A stretch of 64,000 bases of DNA from Mobula hypostoma (Eukaryota), in the NCBI RefSeq assembly GCF_963921235.1, contig NC_086118.1, positions 24,616,001-24,680,000 of the forward strand, given 5' to 3'. Within the stretch, counting starts at the first letter, position 1. The number at the start of each line of letters is the position of its first letter. A model generated the notes under the pieces. It was not told the DNA's origin and did not search any database. It was given only the letters and a program-made list of their open reading frames with translations. Position numbers and translations under genes: made by a program. Shown here piece by piece: positions 12,900 to 25,640 of the stretch.

Positions 12900-13412
12900 C
12901 ATCACATAAATTGCCTTGTTCTCATGAAGAACTGTGTCCCCAATCTTCCCCACAATGTAAGCCTAAAGGGGAACTGGCCCATTGGGCAGCTTCACTCTAT
13001 CCATCACAAAAGGTGGGATCTTCTGGTGGCTACCTTCGACTTCCCATTCCCACACCCATGTGTCTTCCAATGGCCTACTCTACTGCCATGTTGAGGGCAC
13101 TCTCAGGTTAGAAGAGCAAAACTTCATATTCCTTTTGCGTAGCCTCCACCTGATGGTGTGATATTTCTAACTTCTGATAAGTACTTCCCCCCTCCTCTCT
13201 CTTCCCATTCCCCATTCTGGTTCCCCTCTTATCCCTTCTCTTCTCCTCTCCTGCCCATCACCTCCTTCTGGCTACCTCCCTCCCCTTTATTCCATGGCCT
13301 ACTGTCCTATCCTATTAGGTTTCTTCTTGTTAACCCTGTTGTCTTCTTCCACCTATCACCTCCCAGCTTCTTACTTCATCCACGCCCCCCCCCCCAGCCA
13401 CCCATCTTACCC
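12900..13412 (+). mobile_element. Decayed Penelope-like 3' end (GIY-YIG tail and pyrimidine-rich UTR)
   Basis: Homologous to 22330-22850 (GGTGGCTACC..., TCAGGTTAGAAGAGCAA..., AGCCTCCACCTGATGG). Confidence 0.65.
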
Positions 13413-13414
13413 CT

Positions 13415-14140
13415 ATAGATCGGCTGCATGGGTGGTGTCGTAACAACTCAATATCAGTAAAACTAAGGAATTGATTGTGGACTTCAGGAAGCAAAAGTCG
13501 AGGGAACACACACCAGTCCTCATTGAGGGATCAGAAGTGGAAAGGGTGAGCAGTTTCAAGTTCCTGGGTGTCAGCATCTCTGAGGATCTAACCTGAGCCC
13601 AACATATCGATACAATTACAAAGAAGGCAAGACAGCGGCTATATTTCATTAGCAGTTTAAAATGAGTTGGTATGTCACCAAAGTCACTCACAAATTTCTA
13701 CAGTTGTATCACGAAGAGCATTCTAACTGGGTGCTTCTTCACCAGGTATGGGGAGCACTGCACAGGATTGGAAAAAGCTGCAGAAAGCTGTAACAGGACA
13801 TGCCTTTTTCTCGTTGCTACCATCAAGGAGGAGGTACAGGAGCCTGAAGACACACACTCAACATTTCAGGAACAGCTTCTTCTCCTCCACCATCAGATTT
13901 CTGAATGGACAATGAATCCATGAATACTAACTCGGTTTTTTTTTCCTTATTGCACTGCATATTTAATTTAATTTTTAATATATATTTCTTATCGTAATTT
14001 ATAGTTTTTATATTATTGTATATATTTTATTGTAATGTATAGTTTTCATTATTATGTATTGCATAGTACTGCTGCCACAAAACAACACAATTCATGACAT
14101 ATGCCACTGATGTTAAACATGATTTTGATTCTGGTTCTGA
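13415..14140 (+). mobile_element. Rex1/Babar-type LINE 3' fragment
   Basis: Encodes SKTKELIVDFRK...[19 protein letters not shown]...KKARQRLYF, and has a GATTCT-type tail near 14120. Confidence 0.8.
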
Positions 14141-15320
14141 ATTTACTGTGCAAGCTTGACAGGTAGAAGTACATGAAGCATAATCTGTCACTGCTCGCTC
14201 TGAATGTGCATGCTCGAGGAATAAAAGGATCTGGTGCAAGGCACATTGAGATTTATCTATAAAGCCCTTGATATCATTTGGATGTCATTTATCACTTTAT
14301 TAGTTTTGTGCATCTAATCCTCGTGGAAGCACGCAACTTAATTTGATAAATAACCCAACATATGTTCCATGTTATACTTATTATTCACAATAAAAGCTCT
14401 GACAGAATTGGAACTGTGGAATCAAGAAATTCCATGCTACGTGATCTAATTTTCAGAACAGAGATGTAATGAGTCTTAATTTCAATCTGCTGCAGATTAA
14501 TAAGTAGAGTGAATAAGGTTTTGTACTTGGAATATAAAAAACGCTGAAGAAAAACTTAGAACTGCACTGACAATGCAATATTCCATAAAATAGAGAATCT
14601 CATAAGGGAAAGTTCTTCATAGACAGAGCTAAGTAAAGGGTCACCTCAGTCATTTCAAGTGTAGTATCAACAGAGAGAGAAACGTTTTCAAGATATTGGA
14701 AGAAATAATTGAAGAATTGGATAGACTTTAGACCTTTAAAAGAGAGGTAGGTGAAGGAAATCACCCTTTTTGGAAGAACCTTCCGTCGAAGGGAATTAAT
14801 ACAAAAACAAATTATGAGAAGGAAAGCAAAATACCTCTTTTGAGGAACATTCATTTGTTATTTAAAGCCACAGAGGAAATGAACTTGTAAGAATATAATT
14901 TCAGTGCAGAAAGTGGAACAGATTTTGTGACCCTGAGATAGCACTCGGAAGGACACTGTTTCAGAAGATTTTCTGTGTCATGTCAAATATTACAGTTTAT
15001 TGTATTGGTTGATGGTCCATATTTTAAGCTCTGTTTAGTATGTGATTTTGATAAGATTCCTACTGCTGTATTTTAATAATATCAGATAACCTAATATGGA
15101 AAACAAAGTCCCACCAAAAATAAATAAAGTTTCAAATTAACACTGTGTTATTTCATTTGGTATATACCGTAAACTGAATGTTTCTATTAAAAAGAAATTC
15201 AGGTCATACACACACAGAAGTGATACAAAATACAGTAACATAATTATTTAATATTATAATTATATATAACCTGATAAGTATTTTATCACAAGCATGCAGT
15301 CAAAAACTAAATCACTATAC

Positions 15321-17320
15321 CAGTGGTCCCCAACCACCGGGCCACGGACCAGTACTGGGCCGCAAAGCATGTGCTACCGGGCCGCGAGGAAACGATATGA
15401 ATCACTGCACCTTTCCTCATTCCCTGTCACACCTACTGTTGAACTTGAACGCAAACGAGGTCATTACCCATGCGAGCACATCAGTCGGTCAGTAACCTAC
15501 AACTACTCAATGAGTTAAAAACAAACGTCGCTTGAGAGTTTCTTTGGAAGAGGTGGTAGGGGACATAAAAGGCCTAACGATGATGATAACGCAGAGACAG
15601 CTGAGGCCAAGACTTCAAAAAAAAAGAAAGCTTCCTTCAACCGAAAATACGACGAGTCGTACATAAAATATGGTTTTATTGAGACCTGTGACTCGTACGC
15701 TTCAAGCCCCTTGTGTGTGATATGTGGAGACAAGCTGTCTAATGAGGCAATGAAGCCCTCAAAACTGCTTCGGAACCTTGAGTCCAAGCACCCTGCACTT
15801 AAAGACAAACCCGTTGAGTTTTTGAGCAGAGAAAACGCGAGCAAGCGGGACAGAAGCAAGTGCTGAGAACCACCACCTCCACAAATGCTGCTGCTCTGAG
15901 AGCGTCGTACTTAATGGCTAGTCATATTGCTAAGGCTAAGAAGCCTTTCACTGTTGGTGAAGAATTGATTCTGCCTGCTGCCAAGGACATGTACCGTGAA
16001 CTGTTGGGAGAAGCTGCAGCTAACAAGATGGCACAGGTTTCTCTTTCAGCTACCACAGTTTCAAGCAGAATTGATGACATAGCGGAGGACATTGACGCAC
16101 AGCTGTTGGAACGGATTAACAAGTCTGGTTTCGCTACCCCGAGTCAAGGAGGTTGCTCCTGAACGTCAGTCTACACACTGTGTCACACACAGGGAAATGC
16201 TGGCTAGCTGAAAAATGTCACCTGATCTTAACAGCGTATTGAGTGACATTGTTGAAGTTATCAAACACATCAAAGCAAAAGCCCTTAACTCACGTCTGTA
16301 TGAGCAGCTTTGCGAGGAAATGGATGCAGAGCACAAACGCCTTCTCTTACACTTTGAAGTCAGGTGGCTATCGGGGGGAGAGCCCTGGTCAGGGTTTTTA
16401 AGTTAAGAAAGCAGCTACAGAAGTTACTTTCAGGAAAAAAGTCACCACTGGCAGCACACTTCAGTGACGAGGAGTGGATAGCAAAACTCGCTTATCTGTG
16501 TGACATCTTCAACCTGCTCAATGAACTCAATTTGTCACTTCAGGGGAGAATGACAACTGTCTTCAAGTTGGCAGATAAAGTGCCTGCTTTCAAAGCCAAA
16601 CTGCAACTGTGGGGACGGTGAGTGGACAGGGGCATATATGACATGTTCCCAGCATTAGCTGGGAATTTGGGAGAGACTGAGGCTCACAGCTGGTGCATGA
16701 ACATCTATCTTTGCTGTCAACAGAATTCGAGCGTTACTTCCCAACCACAAATGACCCAAGACGTGCAAAGTATTTGCATTTGTGAATGTTCCCGGTGACT
16801 CATCCGTGTCAGCGCGGGAAGAAGATCAACTCCTAGTGCTTGCAAATGATGGTGGGCTGAAAAGTACGTTTGACATAACATCTCTGCTGGCATTCTGGAT
16901 CAAAGTCAAGGCTGAATATCATGAGATAGCCACGAGAGCACTGAAAACGTTGCTTCCATTTCCAAAATCATATCTCTGCGAAGCGGAGTTTTCTGCAATG
17001 AATGCAATGAAAACTAAATTGCAGGGTAGATTGGACATAAGGAACCCCCTTATGACTTATAATTGACATATCACTACATTCATGCAATGAAAATATGCAC
17101 TGTGTGTTTAATATTACATTCATTAGATAAATCCTTTTCGAAACAAAATTGAGTGTATTAGCCACTGATAAGTGAGTTATAGTCGACTTATCACCTATAT
17201 TCCGGTCGTGATTAACACCACCCTCTCCCCTCCGCCCCCCCCCCCCCCCGGTCGGCTGTTCCGCAAAAATATTGTCGGTATTAAACCGGGCCGCGGTACA
17301 AAAAACGTTGGAGACCCCTG
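15321..17320 (+). mobile_element. hAT transposon, Buster/Charlie type, internally deleted
   Basis: Perfect 8-bp TSD CACTATAC (15313-15320 and 17321-17328) with a central TA. TIRs CAGTGGTCCCCAACC / CGTTGGAGACCCCTG. GGGCCGCGG-type subterminal motifs at both ends. Confidence 0.95.
15510..17066 (+). pseudogene. Buster/Charlie hAT transposase pseudogene (BED finger, CxxH, dimerization domain)
   Basis: Fragments PLCVICGDKLSNEAMKPSKL, KAKKPFTVGEELILPAA, HCVTHRE, EVRWLS, LAYLCDIF, LPFPKSYLCEAEFS. Contains stops and frameshifts. Confidence 0.9.
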
Positions 17321-18264
17321 CACTATACAGTAAGCTATCAATGCTAAAGTAAAACTAATAGCGTTTGCAACAGTCAAAAGTCTTCTGATCTGAGTTGAGG
17401 CCTGCTCACTGATTGTTTTTCACCAGGGCCTTCAGATCTTTAGGGGGACACCTATCGCTTTAAATAATTTTAACCTGTTCACTTGATTTAATCAGTTCTC
17501 AGTTGGATTACTGAATTAAGTAAATCTATTACTGATAACAATTCTAATAATAATAAGGATAGGGTGGTGTGATTTTTTAGGACGAAGTGAAGCACGAAAG
17601 TCCTCACTGCCTAAGTTCATATTTCAGACTCGAAGGAGAACTCAGTAACTCTGCACGGCTGAGCTCCTGTTTGTTTAGAACGAGCTGCCAGATGGATTAT
17701 TTCTCAATTAAAGAGTGCTCTGACTAAGGAGCTGGAGCAACAGTTTTATCAACACCACATATTCTTAACAAACTGGGTGACAAAAGATTCTTATTAGCAG
17801 CATATTTATCTAATTATGAGACATCCTTCTCAAAAAAATTACCAGAGCTTAACTTGTGTTTAATTTTTAATATTTTCAAATATGATTGACCTTATTCTGA
17901 ATTGCGCTTCAGCATCTAGCTTCTAGCAGAATCTGTAGATTCATCATACATATCATTTACCACATTAGCAGACACTGACTTCATGCTCACCTAAACATTT
18001 CCATTATTTAGATTTGCCTACATTACCAACTGAGATGGAGTACTGGGAGAACAAAACTAGAACAGCCAACAAAAGGATTGTTTTTGTTGTATGGGGTTTG
18101 ATCTCTCCAACTCACACGCACGAACACTGGGATATGAATGGGCAATCGGGTCCTATAACTACTATCCAGCGTATAATTAGTTCTTTCTTTTATTCGTCAT
18201 TTGTGATCATTTGAAAAAGTTCAAGCTTGTGTTTAAGCATAATTACTGCTAAATTTAGGTGATG

Positions 18265-18570
18265 GTGGTGCAATGTTCTCCTTTCCTCCGCTGGGGCCCC
18301 AATCCATGAAGCTAAGGGAGCAGGTGGTGGATGGTCATATGAACAGCTAGTGCATATCACAAGTCTTGGTTATGTGTCCACTGACACCAGACAGACAGTC
18401 TCTGAAGAGTATAGGCAATATTAGGGTCACCCATTTTGTAAAGTCATAGTCCAGAAGAAGGAAATAACAAACCACTTCTGTAGCAAAGATTACCAAGAAC
18501 ATCATGGTAATAAAGACCATGAACGCCTATGTCATAAGGAACATAGCATGGCACATAATGACTAAACGAA
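18265..18570 (+). mobile_element. SINE-like element with RTE-related 3' end
   Basis: 3' region AAACCACTTCTGTAG...CCAAGAACATCATGG...GGCACATAATGA resembles RTE-dependent SINE ends (from memory). Confidence 0.4.
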
Positions 18571-19519
18571 CAATCACTAAATTGGTACTGAGGTTTGTAC
18601 AAATACCTTTGAAAAGAAGTTCCCATCCTTCAAGTTTTATTTTCTTAAAGGAAATTTTCTTACTTTATGATCAAGCCTGGAAATTCAGCTGGAGAGAGAG
18701 GAAAAACACATACTACATTTGTTTCTTTTATTCTGTAAGTAGTGTCTACAATACAATTTTGGGAATATTTTCTGTTGAAAACCATCCAATCGGGAATTTG
18801 AACTGAGCAATTCCTGTCATAACTCACCATAAAATGATTGCCTTCTGCCTTTCGTATTTCAAAAACATGATAAGATTAATAATGTATGGTTAATTAGTTA
18901 AGGAAAAATGGATACAAAGTTTGCAACATTGCATAATTATGTCACAGGTGTACAACATTTGACTTACAATGACAGTACATTGAGCTGAAAGTCATGAAAC
19001 ATAGGTTATTTAAAATATGTCCTCTCTCCCCAGGTTAAAAATCATCTCCTGTAATTTTTATTTTGGTAATAATTCATTGCTGGCAGCCCTTGATATAGAA
19101 TATGCATTCTAAGAACAGGTAATTTCAGAAACTCTAGATTACCTTTGCTCCTGTGCTGCTGCTGATCACCGGGATGTCATTCGATATGATCAAACCGTTT
19201 TATGTTTGGTGATGGAGAATGGATTAGGTTACCATGGACAAATCATGAGGTGCTGCCGTGAACTCTTGGATGGTATTTAATGTAGCGACTAAGCATTGGT
19301 TGTGGAGAGAGTGAATGGTGGTTGGTGGGGTGCCTATCAGGTGGATTGCCTTGTCTGGTATGGTGTCAAGCTTCTGGAGTGTTGCTGAAGCTTCACTCAA
19401 CCAGGCAAGTGGAGAGTATCCCATCACATTACTAACTTCAGCCATCCCCTCAGTTCTCAGTCTTACACATAGTAATCTATCTCTACTTTAAGTAATGATC
19501 TGGCCTTTGCCACTCTTAG

Positions 19520-19714
19520 AAGAAGAAGAAGAAAGCCCTTAACTCAGAGTGGAGTCATTTGGACACCGTCATAACGGTGTTTTTTTTAGCAGGCTTTCTT
19601 ATTTTTACGAGGCCGAGTTGCTATTTCGATGCTCAACCCAGCATGGATGGAAAGCGTGCAAGGGAGCCTTCGCTCCGAAGTCCGGCGCTGATGCCACTAT
19701 GCCACCAGCTGGCT
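19520..19714 (-). mobile_element. tRNA-derived SINE with (TTC)n tail
   Basis: 15-bp TSD CTTTGCCACTCTTAG at 19505-19519 and 19715-19729. Minus-strand head AGCCAGCTGGTGGCATAGTGG contains an A-box. Confidence 0.85.
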
Positions 19715-20269
19715 CTTTGCCACTCTTAGGGGCAGAGAATTCCAGAGGTTCATTATCCTTTGGGAGAAGAAATATTTGTGCACTTCCTTTTCAAGTAACT
19801 AAAGCTTTATCATGACTTTTCATGACTACCATTAAGAAAAACACCTCAACATCTAGCCTACCTGTACCCACCAGAGTGGTTACCACTCATATTCTAAACT
19901 CCAAGGACTACAGATCCAAGCTGATCAGCCTCTCTTGATGTGACAACCCTCTCATTCCAGGAATTTGCCTGCTGTACCTCCTTTGGATTGCCTCCAAAAA
20001 AGTATACAAAGTAATACAGTATATTTTTTTAGGTAAGTTACTGACATGCTGTTAACTGCAGAGGGACTTTTTTTAAATATAGTACCCACAGCAGGCGCTG
20101 TTTTGTGTTTAAGAAGTCAACAAATGAAATAAACTTGAAGACAAATCCAGAAGAATACTGCCTGGTAACAAACATGATATTAAACACTTCATTAGCACTG
20201 AATCAAGCAACACACATAAAAGTTGCTGGTGAACGCAGCAGGCCAGGCAGCATCTCGAGGAAGAGGTGC

Positions 20270-20305
20270 AGTCGACGTTTCAGACCGAGACCCTTCGTCA
20301 GGACT
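20270..20305 (-). ncRNA. Minimal type I hammerhead ribozyme motif in Penelope pLTR
   Basis: Minus strand reads AGUC-CUGACGA-AGGGUCUCGGUCU-GAAA-CGUC-GACU. Stem II is weakened by G-U pairs. Confidence 0.7.
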
Positions 20306-20979
20306 AACTGAAGGAAGAGTGAGTAAGGGATTTGAAAGTTGGAGGGGGAGGGGGAGATCCAAAATGATAGGAGAAGACAGGAGGGGGAGGGATAGAGCCA
20401 AGAGCTGGACAGGTGATTGGCAAAAGGGGATACGAGAGGATCATGGGACAGGAGGCCCAGGAAGAAAGACAAGGGGCGGGAGGGACCCAGAGGATGGGCA
20501 AGAGGTATATTCAGAGGGACAGAGGGAGAAAAAGGAGAGTGAGAGAAAGAATGTGTGTATAAAAATAAGTAACAGATGGGGTACGAGGGGGAGGTGGGGC
20601 ATTAGCGGAAGTTAGAGAAGTCGATGTTCATGCCATCAGGTTGGAGGCTACCCAGACGGAATATAAGGTGTTGTTCCTCCAACCTGAGTGTGGCTTCATC
20701 TTTACAGTAGAGGAGTCCGTGGATAGCCATGTCAGAATGGGAATGGGATGTGGAATTAAAATGTGTGGCCACTGGGAGATCCTGCTTTCTCTGGCGGACA
20801 GAACGCAGATGTTCAGCAAAGCGGTCTCCCAGTCTGCGTCAGGTCTCGCCAATATCTAAAAGGCCACATCGGGAGCACCGGACGCAGTATATCACCCCAG
20901 CCGACTCACAGGTGAAGTGTTGCCTCACCTGGAAGGACTGTTTGGGGCCCTGAATGGATCCTACCCAAGATCCACAAAA

Positions 20980-22572
20980 CCTTATAGTTCCCACACCTCG
21001 CACTTCCCGTTTCTACCTCCTACCCAAGATCCACAAACCTGCCTGTCCTGGCCGACCTATTCTCAGCTTGCTCCTGCCCCAGCGAACTCATTTCTGCATA
21101 CCTCGACACGGTTTTATCCCCCCTTGTTCAATCCCTTCCGACCTATGTTCGTGACACTTCTCACGCTCTTAAACTTTTCGATGATTTTAAGTTCCCTGGC
21201 CCCCACCGCTTTATTTTCACCATGGATGTCCAGTCCTTATATACTTCCATCCCCCATCAGGAAGGTCTCAAAGCTCTACGCTTCTTTTTGGATTCCAGAC
21301 CTAATCAGTTCCCCTCTACCACCACTCTGCTCCGTCTAGCGGAATTAGTCCTTACTCTTAATAATTTCTCCTTTGGCTCCTCCCACTTCTTCCAAACTAA
21401 AGGTGTAGCTATGGGCACCCGTATGGGTCCTAGCTATGCCTGCCTTTTTGTTGGCTTTGTGGAACAATCTATGTTCCGTGCCTATTCTGGTATCTGTCCC
21501 CCACTTTTCCTTCGCTACATCAACGACTGCATTGGCGCTGCCTCCTGCACGCATGCAGAGTTCGTTGACTTTATTAACTTTGCCTCCAACTTTCACCCTG
21601 CCCTCAAGCTTACCTGGTCCATTTCCGACACCTCCCTCCCCTTTCTAGATCTTTCTGTCTGTCTCTGGAGACAGCTTATCCACTGATGTCTACTATAAGC
21701 CTACTGACTCTCACAGCTATCTGGACTATTCCTCTTCTCACCCTGTCTCTTGCAAAAACGCCATCCCCTTCTCGCAATTCCTCCGTCTCCGCTGCATCTG
21801 CTCTCAGAATGAGGCTTTTCATTCCAGGACGAGGGAGATGTCTTCCTTTTTTAAAGAAAGGGGCTTCCCTTCCTCCACTATCAACTCTGCTCTTAAACGC
21901 ATCTCCCCCAGTTCACGTACATCTTCTCTCACTCCATCCTCCTGCCACCCCAAGAGGAATAGGGTTCCCCTGGTCCTCACCTACCACCCCACCAGCCTCC
22001 AGGTCCAACATATTATTCTCCGTAACTTCCACCACCTCCAACGGGATCCCACCACTAAGCACATCTTTCCCTCCCCCACTCTCTCTGCATTCCACAGGGA
22101 TCACTCCCTACGCAACTCCCTTGTCCATTCGTCCCCCCCATCCCTCCCCACTGATCTCCCTCCTGGCACTTATCCGTGTAAGCGGAACAAGTGCTACACA
22201 TGCCCTTACACTTCCTCCCTTACGACCATTCAGGGCCCCAAACAGTCCTTCCAGGTGAGGCAACACTTCACCTGTGAGTCGGCTGGGGTGATATACTGCG
22301 TCCGGTGCTCCCAATGTGGCCTTTTATATATTGGTGAGACCCGACGCAGACTGGGAGACTGCTTTACTGAACATCTACGCTCTGTCCGCCAGAGAAAGCA
22401 GGATCTCCCAGTGGCCACACATTTTAATTCCACATCCCATTCCCATTCTGACATGTCTATCCACGGCTTCCTCTACTGTAAAGATGAAGCCACACTCAGG
22501 TTGGAGGAACAACACCTTCTGGGTAGCCTCCAACCTGATGGCATGAACATCGACTTCTCTAACTTCCGCTAA
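20980..22572 (+). pseudogene. Penelope-like RT + Zn-linker + GIY-YIG endonuclease, disrupted
   Basis: Motifs FYLLPKIHKP, MDVQSLYTSIPH, QTKGVAMGTRMGPSYA, FLRYINDC (YIDD mutated), CKRNKCYTCP and VIYCVRCSQCGLLYIGET. Frameshifts near 21060 and 21660. Confidence 0.92.
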
Positions 22573-22864
22573 TGCCCCACCTCCCTCTCGTACCCCATCT
22601 GTTACTTATCTTTATACACACATTCTTTCTCTCACTCTCCTTTTTCTCCCTCTGTCCCTCTGAATATACCTCTTGCCCATCCTCTGGGTCCCCCCCCCCC
22701 GTCTTTCTTCCCGGACCTCCTGTCCCATGATCCTCTCTTATCCCTTTTGCCAATCACCTGTCCAGCTCTTCACTCTATCCCTCCCCCTCCTGTCTTCTCC
22801 TATCATTTTGCATCTCCCCCTCCCCCTCCAACTTTCAAATCCCTTACTCACTCTTCCTTCAGAT

Positions 22865-22900
22865 AGTCCTGACGAAGGGTCTCGGCCTGAAACGTCGACT
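22865..22900 (+). ncRNA. Minimal type I hammerhead ribozyme motif in Penelope pLTR
   Basis: AGUC-CUGACGA-AGGGUCUCGGCCU-GAAA-CGUC-GACU: CUGANGA and GAAA cores, palindromic ACGU helix III, and a GUC cleavage triplet ending at 22896. Confidence 0.75.
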
Positions 22901-25309
22901 GCACCTCTTCCTCGAGATGCTGCCTGGCCTGCTGCGTTCACCAGCAACTTTTATGTGTGTTGCTCGAATTTCCAGCATCTGCAGAATTCCTGTTGTTTGC
23001 ATTAGCACTGAATGTCCAGTTACTGGTACCCATTAGTAACATCATTCATGAAAATGTATACAAAGTAATTAAGTCAACACATTTTAGTTGCTTGGATGAT
23101 TAACATCCACAAGATACTGTATTTATGTATTTAACTAGAAATGAAAGAATGTTGCATGTTTAATTGGTTGCATTTGGCCTTCTGCTGCTAATGTTTATAT
23201 ACTGAAGTAATCATAAAGAGTTTCTGAACTTCTCTGTCTCCCACATCTATAAACTAGTAACCTGATCAGATATTCTCTCAGTAATTAGATCTCCTTGTCT
23301 CAAATTAACAGAGAATCAAGAAGTTTTTTTTTTCTATTAGTTGAATGTGTAAAAGCTTTACCTGCTGCCTTTAAATAGCACAGGTCTTGGTGTTGGTCAG
23401 GTAAACTTGAAATGAGGATATTGTTGTTCACGCAGTTTTACTCAACAGATTAGCTGAATTTAATTCATACTCATCGTACTCACATCAAAAATATTTCAAA
23501 TCCAGTTCATAAAAACAGATAAGCAAAATATTATTTATGTTTGGCTTTAGATTTAATTCCACTGCTCCATCCTGCTTGTCAGTAACCAGCGGCATTCATA
23601 ATTTGAATAAACAGTAGATTTCAGAAAAAACAGGCAAAATACTTGAAGGAATATCCAATGTTCAAAGTAAATTTATTATCAAAGTACATATATGTCACCA
23701 TAAACAACTTTGAGATTCATTTTCTTATAGGCATACTCAATTAATCCAAAACAGAGTAAGAAACTCAAATAGAATGTTCTATTTCTTTTGTTATTCTGAC
23801 ATAAATCTCACTAATTCTGTCAGTTGTGATGCATTTATACAATAGCCGCACAGTTGTGGTATTCAGTTCTTAATGATAACATATGGATTCATGACACAGA
23901 GGCATGTGCCATTTATAAAATAACTGGACTTCACTAAATTATTGTAGAAGAATTGATGCTGTAGAGTTCTACATTTGTGTTTTAGTACATTTACTAGCAG
24001 ACATTTATGGATAGCTCTTATAAGGATGGAAGCTCAGTACATCAATATATTTCATCTTCGTCCTTCAATGTGGAATTTACCTCGCAACATACACACTGTT
24101 TCAACTGCCTGTGCTGCCTTTGACTTCAGCCCTGCATTGGAAATAACAACACTGCAGAATTAACTCCACCCATCTCCACTCTCCCAATGTTTGTTGGTTA
24201 ACCAACCACAAACACAAAGCACTTCACTGTTCAAACCCATCCTATTCTCCTCCCAACTTGCTCATACTGTCCAGCAGAAACGTTCCCATCCATCTCAGCA
24301 CAGATATAATGACTTCATTCCCACTCGGCAGAATCAATAATACCAGCATGTGACAGACATAAAGTTTACGCAAAATCACTCCGGCCGATGAACCAATAAA
24401 TTGAAATTCATTTTCTCTCCATATGTAAGCAAAAGTTTCTAACACATATTTGCGAACTTTACCTCGGCAATTATCAAATGGTCTGACTGGGATCATTTTC
24501 TAACATACATTAAGATGACAAGAATCTGCATTTATGATTAGTTAAACAATTTTGCCTTCCAAGTGTTAGTGACAATAATGATGGATCTTTAGGAATCTGC
24601 AGCAACGATGTCATTGTCCCATTGTTCATGTACAGTGATCTGCATGGGTATGAAAGCCTGGACTCGTCCGGGAGCAGCTCTTGACCAATTTATCTATTTA
24701 ACTGTAGCAGTAAAGAACACTTTACAGAAGATAGCAGGGGTTCCACTCATACTGGGATTTGAACTCCTGTTAACTCAGATTTGTGTAACGTTAAACCCAA
24801 TAGGTTAGAACCACTGAGATCAGCAGCTGAAGCAAACCAAGGTTTTTGAACAGAATTTATTGCTTACATTCTATGCCAAGTTTATGTCCACCCCACCAGA
24901 AAAAATCACAACATGAAACCATATGTAATTAAAGACAAGTCAGCTAGTTAATGATGACTAATGATCTAAGAGGACCAAATACAGAACTGGAATTAATATG
25001 GCTTTCTTGGGTAAGCATGAGTGCTATTAACTGATTGTATATTTTTCTGTTTAATGCACCAAATCTAATCTGTTTTTTTCAGTTCTTCCTGGCTCTGGTA
25101 GTCTTCATTTCAGCGTGGCTACCTGTCCTCCCTAGGTCAGTACAATCCACCAGGACATTATAAAGGGCCCCTGTCTTTTCCTTCAAAGAAAGCCTAACAC
25201 TGCTCCCCACCCTCCCTACATCCTCCATCCACTACCTCACTCCTCTGCCAGTTCTCTGTGCAGAATGTTCACAACATGGCAAAATGTCAGCCGGCCCAAC
25301 CCAGTCCAT

Positions 25310-25640
25310 GGGCACTCAATGCACTCTATCTTGACCTTTTAGTCTTGGATAGGTTTCAATGAAATCCCCCTTCGTTCTTTTAAACTCCAGAGAGCACAAG
25401 CCCAGAGCCATCAAAGCTCCTCATCCATTAACCCTTTCATTCCCTGTATCGTTTTTGTGAAACTCCTCTGGGGCCCTCTCCAATGCCAGCACATTGTTTC
25501 TTCGATAAAGAGAATTATTTCTCAGCTTCAATCCTTGCTCTTATATTCCAGTCCTCTCAAAACAAATGCTAACATTGCGTTTGCCTTTCTTACCAATGAC
25601 TCAACCTGCAAATCACCTTTAGGGAACCCTGTACAAGACT
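25310..25640 (-). mobile_element. CR1 LINE fragment
   Basis: Same antisense CR1 sequence as 2040-2370 (CTTGCTCTTATATTCCAGTCCTCTC...ACTCAACCTGC). Confidence 0.7.

Larger units (their letters stand above)
20204..22999 (+). mobile_element. Penelope-like retroelement (Neptune-like), 5'-truncated, with inverted pLTR arm
   Basis: 14-bp TSD CATTAGCACTGAAT (20190-20203 and 23000-23013). 20204-20957 is the reverse complement of ~22226-22966. RT and GIY-YIG coding lie on the + strand. Confidence 0.93.

Noticed and set aside
15510..17066. Domesticated host gene (ZBED5/SCAND3/ZBED8-like)
   Set aside because: It is flanked by TIRs and a TSD and has stops, frameshifts and a catalytic-core deletion, so it is a dead transposon.
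20980..22572. Active Penelope ORF
   Set aside because: It is 5'-truncated and frameshifted, YIDD is changed to YIND, and the GIY-YIG Arg is changed to Cys.
25083..25135. Plus-strand exon candidate (TTTTTTTCAG…AG|GTCAGT, FFLALVVFISAWLPVLP)
   Set aside because: It is isolated, has a weak donor, has no partner exon, and the peptide is not recognisable.
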